A stretch of 23,872 nt of DNA from an archaeon (GTDB taxonomy: Archaea; Iainarchaeota; Iainarchaeia; Iainarchaeales; Iainarchaeaceae): NCBI GenBank assembly GCA_035289485.1, contig DATDXA010000049.1, positions 1 to 23,872 on the forward strand, written 5' to 3'. The notes beneath the pieces are model-generated. The model ran no database searches, was not told where the DNA came from, and saw only the letters and a list, made by a program, of their open reading frames with translations. Within the stretch, counting starts at the first letter, position 1; the number at the start of each line of letters is the position of its first letter. The translations under genes were made by a program, and so were the position numbers. Of this stretch, positions 8,868 through 17,293 are shown piece after piece.

Positions 8868-9104
8868 ATGAACATCAATCTCGGAACGCCATATGAAGTT
8901 GCAATAGAGAAAATAATGCAAAAGGGATATGCCGGCAGCCAGACAGAAGTGATAAGGCAGGCAATACTCGCATATGAGCGCATGATAGATGAGGAAGAAG
9001 TAATGCTTGTAAATAAGGGAATAGCGGACGAAATGGAGAAAATGCGTGCAAACATGAAAAACACGAAAACGCTCTCAGAAGTGAAGAAAAAATACGGGCT
9101 GTGA
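8868..9104 (+). CDS. Ribbon-helix-helix (ParD/CopG-like) antitoxin
   Basis: MNINL beta strand followed by GYAGSQTEVIRQAI; C-terminal TLSEVKKKYGL; GGTGA RBS at 8859-8863; sits directly upstream of a toxin-like ORF. Confidence 0.75.
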   Translation: MNINLGTPYEVAIEKIMQKGYAGSQTEVIRQAILAYERMIDEEEVMLVNKGIADEMEKMRANMKNTKTLSEVKKKYGL

Positions 9105-9108
9105 AAAT

Positions 9109-9371
9109 TTGGAGCCCATATTTTCCCAAAAAGCCCAGAAGGACCTATAGACCAGATGGATAATGCCCTCAGGAAAATGTTCTTGAGCCACGTGGAAAAA
9201 ATAATGGCAAACCCCAAACAAAGGCACATGCGCCACGGCCTGCCGTTCTTTGTCGAGGAAGTGACAGGCAATGCACGGATGGTTTACAATTTTGAGGGGG
9301 AAACCATTTACATTTTGAGATGCTTTGCCGCGCACAAGGAATACGAGAAATGGTACAAGAGCTACAAATGA
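9109..9371 (+). pseudogene. RelE/HigB-like mRNA interferase toxin, apparently frameshifted by a 2-nt (TA) insertion
   Basis: TTG 9109 reads MEPIFSQKAQKDL then TAG (9148-9150). Removing TA at 9148-9149 joins it to DQMDNALRKMF...RMVYNFEGETIYILRCFAAHKEYEKWY, giving a RelE-sized protein of about 86 aa. Confidence 0.7.
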
Positions 9372-9413
9372 ACTGGGATTCAAATAAATACAACAAGCGA
9401 CAAAATATTAACC

Positions 9414-10244
9414 ATGGCAAACCCAATAGAAATGCAATTGATTTCCAGGGTGGAACTATTGGTGCACCCTTTCTTTGCACTGGAAAATGCACGGGTTAAA
9501 GGTGAGGCTGATTCTTTAAGGCACACGAGCGAAGAAGAAATATCTGAAATTTACTCGACAATCAATATAGCAAATAACTGGAAAAGAAAAATGCTAAGAA
9601 TCAGGAACAACCCTAATGCAATTATGCTCATAATCGGGCCGCAGCAAATGGAAACTGAGCGCATGCAGAGATATTTTTACAGGGGAAAACTGACGCCAAA
9701 GAAACTGGCACAATTTTCCCAGCAGTACAGGGAATTGCTCACATTCGCAAGAAAAACACTTGGAAAGCGGCTTTTTTTTGTCAGTCAGGAAATAGCTGGA
9801 AATGAATATTATTTGTCGAGATTAATGCTTTCACGCAAGATGGTTCCTGCAAAGGATGTTAGAGTTTACGGATATGGCGAATATATTGGCATAAAGGAAA
9901 AGCAATGCGTTGAACAAAATTCAGAAGCACTGGAAACTTTCTTCAAAAAATTTCAGGAACAGGCTCATGGCAATGGAACCAGAACCCAAATGAATGTGGT
10001 GCATGCGCCAAAGGTTGGCGATAAGTTCTCTCGGCTTTCAATAAAGCACGGTAATCTTATGGATGAGAGAATTTTTGGCAGACTTGACAAGGGCAGACCT
10101 GTTTCGCCGTTATATTTGGCCTCTAATTTTCATTGGATGGATGGCGCACAACTTAAAGATGCAATCCGTATCGCAAAAAGCTATGCGGAAGTGCACAGAA
10201 AAGGACCTAAGCCAAGGGAAACAAAAAGGGCTAAGTTTAAATAG
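9414..10244 (+). CDS. Hypothetical basic protein (276 aa)
   Basis: Long ORF, visibly more AT-rich than the neighbouring housekeeping genes; no confident family assignment. Confidence 0.75.
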   Translation: MANPIEMQLISRVELLVHPFFALENARVKGEADSLRHTSEEEISEIYSTINIANNWKRKMLRIRNNPNAIMLIIGPQQMETERMQRYFYRGKLTPKKLAQFSQQYRELLTFARKTLGKRLFFVSQEIAGNEYYLSRLMLSRKMVPAKDVRVYGYGEYIGIKEKQCVEQNSEALETFFKKFQEQAHGNGTRTQMNVVHAPKVGDKFSRLSIKHGNLMDERIFGRLDKGRPVSPLYLASNFHWMDGAQLKDAIRIAKSYAEVHRKGPKPRETKRAKFK

Positions 10245-10352
10245 CCTTATAGGGGCAAATACATATGATTTTCATGGCAAGAAGGGATTTACTTTGGAAC
10301 CAAGCAGGTTTTGAGTGAAGTAACTAGCCATCTGCAAGTCTCTGATTCTTAT

Positions 10353-10360
10353 TTTATAAA
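10353..10360 (+). promoter_or_regulatory. TATA box for the leader/tRNA-Trp (and probably trp-aro) transcript
   Basis: TTTATAAA; typical archaeal spacing puts the transcription start near 10379-10384, where GC-rich structured sequence begins. Confidence 0.6.
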
Positions 10361-10380
10361 GTTCTTTTCCCTATACGCGT

Positions 10381-10495
10381 GGCTCTGGCCAAGTAATTGA
10401 AAGCATTGGAAAGCCTGCAAATCGGAAAGTGATGCCAGGCCTATCGAGCCCATCAGGGCGAAGATAAGGCGCTTCCTTCCGACAAGCAGGTCGGA
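10381..10495 (+). ncRNA. Candidate structured leader RNA abutting the tRNA-Trp 5' end
   Basis: Hand-folded hairpins: GCCTATC-GA-GCCC(ATCA)GGGC-GAA-GATAAGGC at 10439-10470 and TCCGAC(AAGCAG)GTCGGA at 10478-10495. GGCTC (10381-85)/GAGCC (10446-50) and CCAA/TTGG are alternative pairings. Confidence 0.45.
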
Positions 10496-10568
10496 GGGGT
10501 TATAGCATAACCTGGTAGTGCGTCTGGCTCCAGACCAGATGATCTGGGTTCAAATCCCAGTGACCCCA
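10496..10568 (+). tRNA. tRNA-Trp (anticodon CCA), intronless, CCA end not encoded
   Basis: Acceptor stem GGGGTTA/TGACCCC with discriminator A; D stem GCAT/GTGC; anticodon arm TCTGG-CTCCAGA-CCAGA (CCA at 10530-10532); T arm CTGGG-TTCAAAT-CCCAG. Confidence 0.97.
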
Positions 10569-10572
10569 AACC

Positions 10573-10599
10573 CTTTTCTTTCGTTACACGAAAGAAAAG
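10573..10599 (+). promoter_or_regulatory. Perfect 12-bp inverted repeat that includes the post-tRNA pyrimidine (terminator-like) tract
   Basis: CTTTTCTTTCGT-TAC-ACGAAAGAAAAG. The repeat itself is certain; its function is inferred. Confidence 0.6.
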
Positions 10600-10680
10600 C
10601 GTTTACGGAAAAGAAAGTGTAAAAGCCAAAGCTTTGCCAAAAAGAAAAGAAATAATTCCAAAAAGCACGCGGATGAAAAA

Positions 10681-12288
10681 ATGCAGGGAACTGAAAATCT
10701 AAAAAATGCCACTGCCGGCACGATTGTAACGCTCTATGAGGAGCATGACGCAAAAATGGGCGCTGTCGAATATTTCGCACGCCTCTCCGATTACGGGCGC
10801 AAAAAGGATTCAATACTTCTTGAGAGCGCAGACATCATCACAAAATACGGCGAGAAGAGCATTGGCTCGGCAAGCCCCTGCCTGAAGGCGATAGGTAGGG
10901 GGAGAAAATTCGAAATTGCCGCGCTCAATGAAACCGGAAAAAAATTCCTTCTGCACGTAAAACCAAAACTTTTGTTTGCAAGGAAACTGAAAATATCTGA
11001 AAACCAAATAAGTGGGGAAATCCGAAAAATGGGGGCCATGATGAGCGAATCACAAAAGCTCAGGGACGGCAAAACCGCAATGGATGTTCTGCGCGCAATA
11101 GCATTCGCGCTAAAGCCCCTCAACTCCCCGTTCCCGGTGAGCGCAGGGCTCATGGGAACAATCGCATATGATTTCATTGACCAGTTTGAGGACCTTCCCG
11201 CAAACAAAAAGGACGTTCTCAAAGAGCCGGATTTTGAAATGAATTTCTATGACAATTTATTTTTGCTTGACCACAAAAAAGGAAAAATCATTTTCATCGC
11301 AAATGCGCTGATTTTCGCAGAAGAGGACAAGGAAAAGGAAATGCAAAGGTGCCAATCGGTGCTTGATGGGTATGAAGCGGCACTTTCCGCGAACATGCCC
11401 CTTCGAAGGCACGGGGAGCTTGGAAAAATAAAGGTGCAGACCGACACTTCGAAAAAGGAATTCGTGAAGGTTGTAAAAAAACTAAAGAAGAACGTGCTCG
11501 CAGGGGACATTTTCCAGGTGGTTCCATCAAGGACAATGATTGCAAAGTACAACGCAGAGCCGCTTGACATCTACTCAAGCCTCAAGCAGCTAAACCCGAG
11601 CCCTTACATGTTCTACTTTAACAATTCTGCGGGAATTTTGCTCGGAAGCAGCCCTGAAACTTTCATAAAAGTCGAGGGCGAGGGCAGGAAAATTGTGGAA
11701 ATCAGGCCGATTGCAGGGACAAAGCCGCGCGGGCTCAATGCGCGCGGGGAAATTGACACTGAACTTGACCGCAAGTATGAAGATGAGCTCAAAATCGACC
11801 GCAAGGAACTTGCGGAGCACACGATGCTAATTGACCTCGCAAGAAATGATGTTGCGCGCGTCTGCGAACCCGGAACGCGCGCGTGCGAAAAGCAGTTCAT
11901 GGTTGAGAAATATTCGCATGTGCAGCACCTTGTGAGCAGTGTCACAGGCACTCTGCGCGCGGAATACGACGCGCTGCACGCATACCTCGCTTCAATGAAC
12001 ATGGGAACGCTAACTGGCGCTCCGAAAGTTGAGGCGATGAAGCTCCTGCGGCTGAATGAGAAAACGAGAAGAGGGTTTTACGGCGGAAGCATCGGGTATC
12101 TCATGCCTACGGGGGATTTCGATTCTGCAATTGTGATCAGGAGCATGAGCCTACAGAAGGGAAAGGCATACATCCGCGCGGGCGCGGGGATTGTTTATGA
12201 TTCAAACCCTGAGCAGGAATTTTTGGAAACCGAGAGGAAGGCGCGCGCGTGCCTGAAGGCAATTGAACTTGCGGAGGGGAATAAATGA
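10681..12288 (+). CDS. trpE: Anthranilate synthase component I
   Basis: LLESAD, GDIFQVVPSR, NPSPYMFY, PIAGTKPRG, KELAEHTMLIDLARND and GTLTGAPKVEAM. Confidence 0.97.
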   Translation: MQGTENLKNATAGTIVTLYEEHDAKMGAVEYFARLSDYGRKKDSILLESADIITKYGEKSIGSASPCLKAIGRGRKFEIAALNETGKKFLLHVKPKLLFARKLKISENQISGEIRKMGAMMSESQKLRDGKTAMDVLRAIAFALKPLNSPFPVSAGLMGTIAYDFIDQFEDLPANKKDVLKEPDFEMNFYDNLFLLDHKKGKIIFIANALIFAEEDKEKEMQRCQSVLDGYEAALSANMPLRRHGELGKIKVQTDTSKKEFVKVVKKLKKNVLAGDIFQVVPSRTMIAKYNAEPLDIYSSLKQLNPSPYMFYFNNSAGILLGSSPETFIKVEGEGRKIVEIRPIAGTKPRGLNARGEIDTELDRKYEDELKIDRKELAEHTMLIDLARNDVARVCEPGTRACEKQFMVEKYSHVQHLVSSVTGTLRAEYDALHAYLASMNMGTLTGAPKVEAMKLLRLNEKTRRGFYGGSIGYLMPTGDFDSAIVIRSMSLQKGKAYIRAGAGIVYDSNPEQEFLETERKARACLKAIELAEGNK

Positions 12289-12902
12289 ACTCTAAAAGTT
12301 CCACGCCTGGAAAAACCAGGATTCTCTTCATCGACAATTTCGATTCATTCACATACAATCTGGTGGATGAATTTGAAAAACGCGGATGCGAAGTTCAAGT
12401 GTATCGGAACAATTTGCCAATGGATAAGTTGAAACATATCGTCGCATCAACTAAGCCAGATATGATAGTGATTTCCCCTGGGCCTTCAACCCCTAAAAAG
12501 GCTGGGAACATAATCCCGCTCATAAAGGAATTTGCAGGGAAAGTGCCGATTTTCGGAGTGTGCCTTGGCGAGCAGGCGATAATAGAGGCATTTGGTGGGG
12601 TTGTGAGCAGGGCATTTGAGACGATTCATGGCAAGCCCTCGATGGTTTCGCACGATGGGAAAACCATATTTGCAAATCTGCCAAAACCATTCCAAGTTGG
12701 AAGATACCACTCACTTTCTGGGCAGAAAATCCCAAAAGAATTGGTGGTGAGCGCAAAAAGCGAATCAGGAGTAGTTATGGGCGTGCGGCACAAAAAATAC
12801 TTTGTTGAGGGCGTTCAATTCCACCCGGAAAGCATACTGACGCCCGAGGGCGGAAAGATTATTGAGAATGTTCTTGCAATGGTGAGGAGGAATGCGAAAT
12901 GA
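12285..12902 (+). CDS. trpG: Anthranilate synthase component II (glutamine amidotransferase)
   Basis: IDNFDSFTYNL, SPGP, GVCLG, RYHSL and QFHPES; ATGA overlap with trpE. Confidence 0.97.
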   Translation: MNSKSSTPGKTRILFIDNFDSFTYNLVDEFEKRGCEVQVYRNNLPMDKLKHIVASTKPDMIVISPGPSTPKKAGNIIPLIKEFAGKVPIFGVCLGEQAIIEAFGGVVSRAFETIHGKPSMVSHDGKTIFANLPKPFQVGRYHSLSGQKIPKELVVSAKSESGVVMGVRHKKYFVEGVQFHPESILTPEGGKIIENVLAMVRRNAK

Positions 12903-13912
12903 TACAAGAGAGCATCAAAAAAGTTGTTGAAGGCAAAAACCTCTCTCGTGCAGAAGCAAAGCAGGTTTTTGATGAAATAATGCGCGGTGAAGCGACAGAA
13001 GTGCAGATAGCTTCGCTCATAACCGCGCTGCACATGAAAGGCGAGAGCGTTGATGAAATAATCGGGGCTGTGAGCGCGATGAGAGAAGCGTGCTCTAAAG
13101 TTGAGTACTCAGGCGCGGGAGATGTTCTTGATGTTGTTGGCACAGGAGGCGATGGGAAAGCATCGTTCAATGTTTCAACGGCGGCGGCAATTGTTGCGGC
13201 GGGAGCGGGATGCATCATTGCAAAGCACGGGAACAGGAGCGTTTCGAGCAAGAGCGGCGCGGCGGATGTGCTTGAATCTCTCGGAGTGAAGATTGACAAT
13301 ACGCCTGAAAAAAATTCACAGGTGCTCTCGAAAATCGGTTTTGTTTTCCTTTTTGCTCCAATGCACCACCCTGCAATGAAATATGCCGCAAAGCCGCGCA
13401 AGGAACTGGGCTTTAGGACGATTTTCAACATTTTAGGGCCGCTCTCAAACCCCGCAAACGCCTCAACGTATCTTCTAGGGGTGTATGATGCAAGGCTTGC
13501 AGAAAAGCTTGCAAAGGTGCTTTCGGGGCTTGGAGTGAAGCGTGCGCTTGTTGTGCACGGAGAGGGGTATGATGAGGCGACACTCACCGGCGCAACAATG
13601 GTTTACACTGTCGAAAAAGGCAAAGTGAAAAAGAGCACTTTCACGCCAAAGCAGCTCGGATTCAAGAAGCGCTCTGAAAAAGAATTCATTGTAAATGACC
13701 CAGTGCACTCGGCGCGCATTCTCATGGAAATACTTGAAGGGAAAGAAAAGGGTGCGAAAATGGATTTGGTTGTGCTAAATGCCGGGCTTGCAATATACGC
13801 GAACATGAAGGCAAAGAGAATAAAAGAAGGAATCAGGATGGCGCGCGAGAGCATCGAATCGGGAAGCGCGCTTGCAAAGCTTAAGGAGCTTATCAGGGAG
13901 TCAAAAGCATGA
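12899..13912 (+). CDS. trpD: Anthranilate phosphoribosyltransferase
   Basis: DVVGTGGDG, FNVST, KHGNRSVSSKSGAADVLE and RTIFNILGPLSNP. Confidence 0.97.
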   Translation: MIQESIKKVVEGKNLSRAEAKQVFDEIMRGEATEVQIASLITALHMKGESVDEIIGAVSAMREACSKVEYSGAGDVLDVVGTGGDGKASFNVSTAAAIVAAGAGCIIAKHGNRSVSSKSGAADVLESLGVKIDNTPEKNSQVLSKIGFVFLFAPMHHPAMKYAAKPRKELGFRTIFNILGPLSNPANASTYLLGVYDARLAEKLAKVLSGLGVKRALVVHGEGYDEATLTGATMVYTVEKGKVKKSTFTPKQLGFKKRSEKEFIVNDPVHSARILMEILEGKEKGAKMDLVVLNAGLAIYANMKAKRIKEGIRMARESIESGSALAKLKELIRESKA

Positions 13913-15306
13913 ATTTCCTTGAAAAAATGAGGGAGATCAAAACGCGTGAGGTGCATGAGCACGGCACAGTTGTGCCCATTTCAAAGCTCGCGCACGGCGC
14001 AAAGAAGGCAAAACACGCTTTTTTGAAGGCGCTGCAAAAGAAAAAGGGAGTTTCGCTCATTGCCGAGTTCAAAAGGGCTTCGCCTTCAAAGGGAGCAATA
14101 AATGCGGGAGCGCAGGTGAAGGATTTCGCGAAATTATATGATAAATACGCAGATGCAATTTCGGTTCTTACCGAGGAGAAGTATTTTGCAGGGAGTTTAC
14201 AGGATATTAGGGACGCACGTAGGTGCACAAAAAAGCCCATTTTGCGCAAGGATTTCATAATTGATGAGTACCAGGTTTTCGAGGCGCGAGCCGCAGGGGC
14301 GGATGCGATTCTTCTGATTGCAGGGCTTGTGGGATTGCAGGAAATCAACAGGCTCATAAGGGCCGCGCACGGGCTAGGGATGGACGCGCTCGTGGAGTGC
14401 TTTGATGAAGAGGGGCTTGGGGTTGTTCTCGCTTCGGATGCAAAAATTTTTGGTATAAATAACAGAAACCTCATTACAATGGATGAGGATTTCCAAAAAA
14501 CCAAAAAATTCCTCAGGATGATTCCTGCGGCGAAGAGGAAAAATCTGGTTTTGGTTTGCGAATCCTCGATACATTCGCACGCGCAGATTGATGCATTGCA
14601 TGGAAAGGCGGACGCGGCTCTTGTGGGCACTTCAATAATGTCATACCCCTCGCCCGAGGCGAAACTACGGGAGCTTACCGGGAATACTCTTGTGAAAATC
14701 TGCGGCACAACAAATGTCAGGGACGCACTCAATGCCGTGAAACTCGGTGCGGATATGATTGGCCTCAATTTTTATGAAAAGAGCCCGAGGTTTGTGAATG
14801 TGAACACCGCAAAGAAAATTGCCGATGCCGTGCGAGGGAAGGCGGTTGTGTGCGGGGTGTTTGTAAACGAGAGAAGCGAGCGCGTGGAAATGATTGCGCG
14901 CGAAGTCAGGCTTGACATGGTTCAGTTTTCCGGAGATGAGAGCGCACAGTATGTGAATTCGTTTGCGATTCCTTCAATCAAGGCGATTCACATGAAAGGC
15001 GAGGAATCGGTGGGCGCTGCGCAGGATTTTGCGGCGCGCATGGTGATGCTTGATGCTTTCGTGAAGGGTGAATATGGCGGAACAGGGAAAACATTTGACC
15101 CGAAATTGGTCGATGCAAAGGCGCTTGCGGGAAAGCAGGTCGTTTTTTCAGGCGGGCTCAATGCGCATAATGTGAAAGCAATTATAAAGAAGTTCAGGCC
15201 TTTCATGGTGGACGTATGCTCAGGAGTAGAGGATAAACCGGGCAAGAAATCTTTTTCAAAAATGAAGGCATTCTTTAAAAGTGCGCGCGCGGGGGTTGCA
15301 AAATGA
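13909..15306 (+). CDS. trpCF: Bifunctional indole-3-glycerol-phosphate synthase / phosphoribosylanthranilate isomerase
   Basis: TrpC motifs [23 protein letters not shown] and GINNRNL; TrpF motifs VKICG, SPR, GGTG and VDVCSGVE, all in one ORF. Confidence 0.96.
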   Translation: MNFLEKMREIKTREVHEHGTVVPISKLAHGAKKAKHAFLKALQKKKGVSLIAEFKRASPSKGAINAGAQVKDFAKLYDKYADAISVLTEEKYFAGSLQDIRDARRCTKKPILRKDFIIDEYQVFEARAAGADAILLIAGLVGLQEINRLIRAAHGLGMDALVECFDEEGLGVVLASDAKIFGINNRNLITMDEDFQKTKKFLRMIPAAKRKNLVLVCESSIHSHAQIDALHGKADAALVGTSIMSYPSPEAKLRELTGNTLVKICGTTNVRDALNAVKLGADMIGLNFYEKSPRFVNVNTAKKIADAVRGKAVVCGVFVNERSERVEMIAREVRLDMVQFSGDESAQYVNSFAIPSIKAIHMKGEESVGAAQDFAARMVMLDAFVKGEYGGTGKTFDPKLVDAKALAGKQVVFSGGLNAHNVKAIIKKFRPFMVDVCSGVEDKPGKKSFSKMKAFFKSARAGVAK

Positions 15307-16484
15307 ATGGAAAATTCGGAGAATTTGGAGGGCAATTCGTTCCTGAAACGCTCATGCCCGCAGTAAAAGAACTTGAGGCAGCGTTTGAGAAGTGCAAAAA
15401 GGACAAGAAATTCAATGCGGAGCTCTCGGTGCTGCTGCGTGATTTTGTAGGAAGGCCGACAGCACTCACTTTCGCGCCGCATCTTAGCGGGCTTGCCGGA
15501 TGCAGCATTTATCTAAAGCGCGAGGATTTGTGCCACACTGGGGCGCATAAAATAAACAATGCGATTGCACAGGCCCTGCTTGCAAAGCACATGGGCAAGA
15601 CGCGCGTGATTGCTGAAACCGGGGCTGGGCAGCACGGGGTTGCCACAGCGATTGCGTGCGCTAAATTGGGGCTGCAGTGCAGGATTTATATGGGCACGGT
15701 GGATATGGAGCGGCAAAAGCCAAATGTCGAGAGAATGAGGCTTGCAGGAGCCGAAGTGTTACCGGTAGAATCCGGCTCGAAAACGCTCAAGGATGCGATA
15801 AATGAGGCGTTGCGCGACTGGACTGCAAATGTGGCCAATACCCACTATCTTTTGGGCTCGGTTCTCGGGCCGCACCCTTACCCAACAATGGTTGCGCATT
15901 TCCAGAGTGTGATTGGAAAGGAGGCGCGCAGGCAAATAATTCAGGAAGCTGGAAAGATGCCTAAGGCAATTATTGCCTGTGTTGGCGGCGGGAGCAATTC
16001 GATTGGGATATTTAGCGCATTCCTCAAGGACAAAAAAATTGAATTGATAGGTGTTGAGGCAGGCGGGCTTGGAATCGAGAGCGGAAAGCACGCGGCGCGC
16101 TTTGCAGACCCTAAAATCGGAAGGAAAGGGGTGCTGCACGGTACTCTTACATATGTGCTGCAGGATGCGGACGGCCAGATTTACAACACCCATTCGATTT
16201 CGGCAGGGCTTGATTACTCGGCAGTGGGGCCGGAGCACTCATGCCTGCGAGAGCTTGGAATAACGAAGTACACTTATGTGACCGATGATGAAGCAGTAGG
16301 TGCGTTCAGACTCCTCTCGGAAAAGGAAGGGATAATTCCTGCGCTTGAGAGCAGCCATGCGATTGCGTACGCTCTCAAGTACGCCAAAAAGTGCAAAAAG
16401 AATGATGTTTTGCTTGTGAATCTTTCAGGGCGCGGGGATAAGGACATGGAAACTGTGCGCAATTATAGGAAGGGGTTTGAATGA
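15303..16484 (+). CDS. trpB: Tryptophan synthase beta chain (TrpB1 type)
   Basis: [16 protein letters not shown] (PLP lysine), [16 protein letters not shown] and NLSGRGDKD. Confidence 0.98.
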   Translation: MNGKFGEFGGQFVPETLMPAVKELEAAFEKCKKDKKFNAELSVLLRDFVGRPTALTFAPHLSGLAGCSIYLKREDLCHTGAHKINNAIAQALLAKHMGKTRVIAETGAGQHGVATAIACAKLGLQCRIYMGTVDMERQKPNVERMRLAGAEVLPVESGSKTLKDAINEALRDWTANVANTHYLLGSVLGPHPYPTMVAHFQSVIGKEARRQIIQEAGKMPKAIIACVGGGSNSIGIFSAFLKDKKIELIGVEAGGLGIESGKHAARFADPKIGRKGVLHGTLTYVLQDADGQIYNTHSISAGLDYSAVGPEHSCLRELGITKYTYVTDDEAVGAFRLLSEKEGIIPALESSHAIAYALKYAKKCKKNDVLLVNLSGRGDKDMETVRNYRKGFE

Positions 16485-17293
16485 GCAGGTACGAATCGCT
16501 TTTCAAGGAGCTCAAAAAGAAAAAAGAGGGCGCATTTGTTGCGTTCACGGTGCTTGGAGACCCTGATTTTGAAACATCCGGTAAAATCCTTGATGCGCTT
16601 TGCAAAAATGCCGATGTGCTCGAGCTTGGCTTGCCCTTTTCAGACCCGATTGCTGATGGGAAGAGGATTCAGGCGGCGGATGAGCGCGCGCTCCGAGCTG
16701 GGATGCGCACCGAAAAGTGCTTTGGGCTGATAGAGAATGTTCGCGGCGAGCATCCGCATACACCGATAGGGCTTTTGGTGTACTACAACCTGGTGTACAG
16801 CAACGGCACAGAGAAATTCCTGCGAAGGGCAAAGCAGGCGGGGGTTGATAGCGTGCTTGTTGCGGATATGCCGCTTGAGGAATCCGCGCAGTTCAACAAG
16901 TTGTGCGGGAAAATCGGGTTGGAACAGGTTTTCATAATCGCGCCAACAACCGGAAGCGCGAGAATGAAGAAAATACTTGCAAAGGCGAAAGGATTTGTTT
17001 ATGCGGTTGGAGTTGTTGGGGTCACGGGCGAGCGCGCAGATGTTGCGGATTCCACAATAGGGCTTGTGAAGGGAATTCGCAAAGCGGGAGCGAAGATTCC
17101 GGTATGTGTAGGCTTTGGCGTTTCAACCCCTGCGCACGCGCGCAAGATTATTTCTGCGGGGGCTGATGGAATAATTGTCGGCTCTGCAATCGAGGCAGTG
17201 ATTGAGAAAAACCTTGGAAATGCCGGTGGCATGATTGAAAGTATTGAAAAATTCTGCACGGAAATGAAGGGGGCAACGAAGCGCCATGATTGA
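16481..17293 (+). CDS. trpA: Tryptophan synthase alpha chain
   Basis: [27 protein letters not shown] and ADGIIVGSA. Confidence 0.97.
   Translation: MSRYESLFKELKKKKEGAFVAFTVLGDPDFETSGKILDALCKNADVLELGLPFSDPIADGKRIQAADERALRAGMRTEKCFGLIENVRGEHPHTPIGLLVYYNLVYSNGTEKFLRRAKQAGVDSVLVADMPLEESAQFNKLCGKIGLEQVFIIAPTTGSARMKKILAKAKGFVYAVGVVGVTGERADVADSTIGLVKGIRKAGAKIPVCVGFGVSTPAHARKIISAGADGIIVGSAIEAVIEKNLGNAGGMIESIEKFCTEMKGATKRHD

Noticed and set aside
10381..10495. Leader as a canonical T-box, 5S rRNA, SRP RNA, RNase P RNA, box C/D guide or self-cleaving ribozyme
   Set aside because: No UGGNACC antiterminator, no GAGGAAAGUCC, no correctly ordered SRP helix 8, no box D partner and no hammerhead core. Only short chance-level matches such as GAAGATAAG are present.
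10583..10590. TrpY TRP box in the palindrome centre
   Set aside because: The sequence GTTACACG does not match TGTACA, and no trpY gene is in the window.
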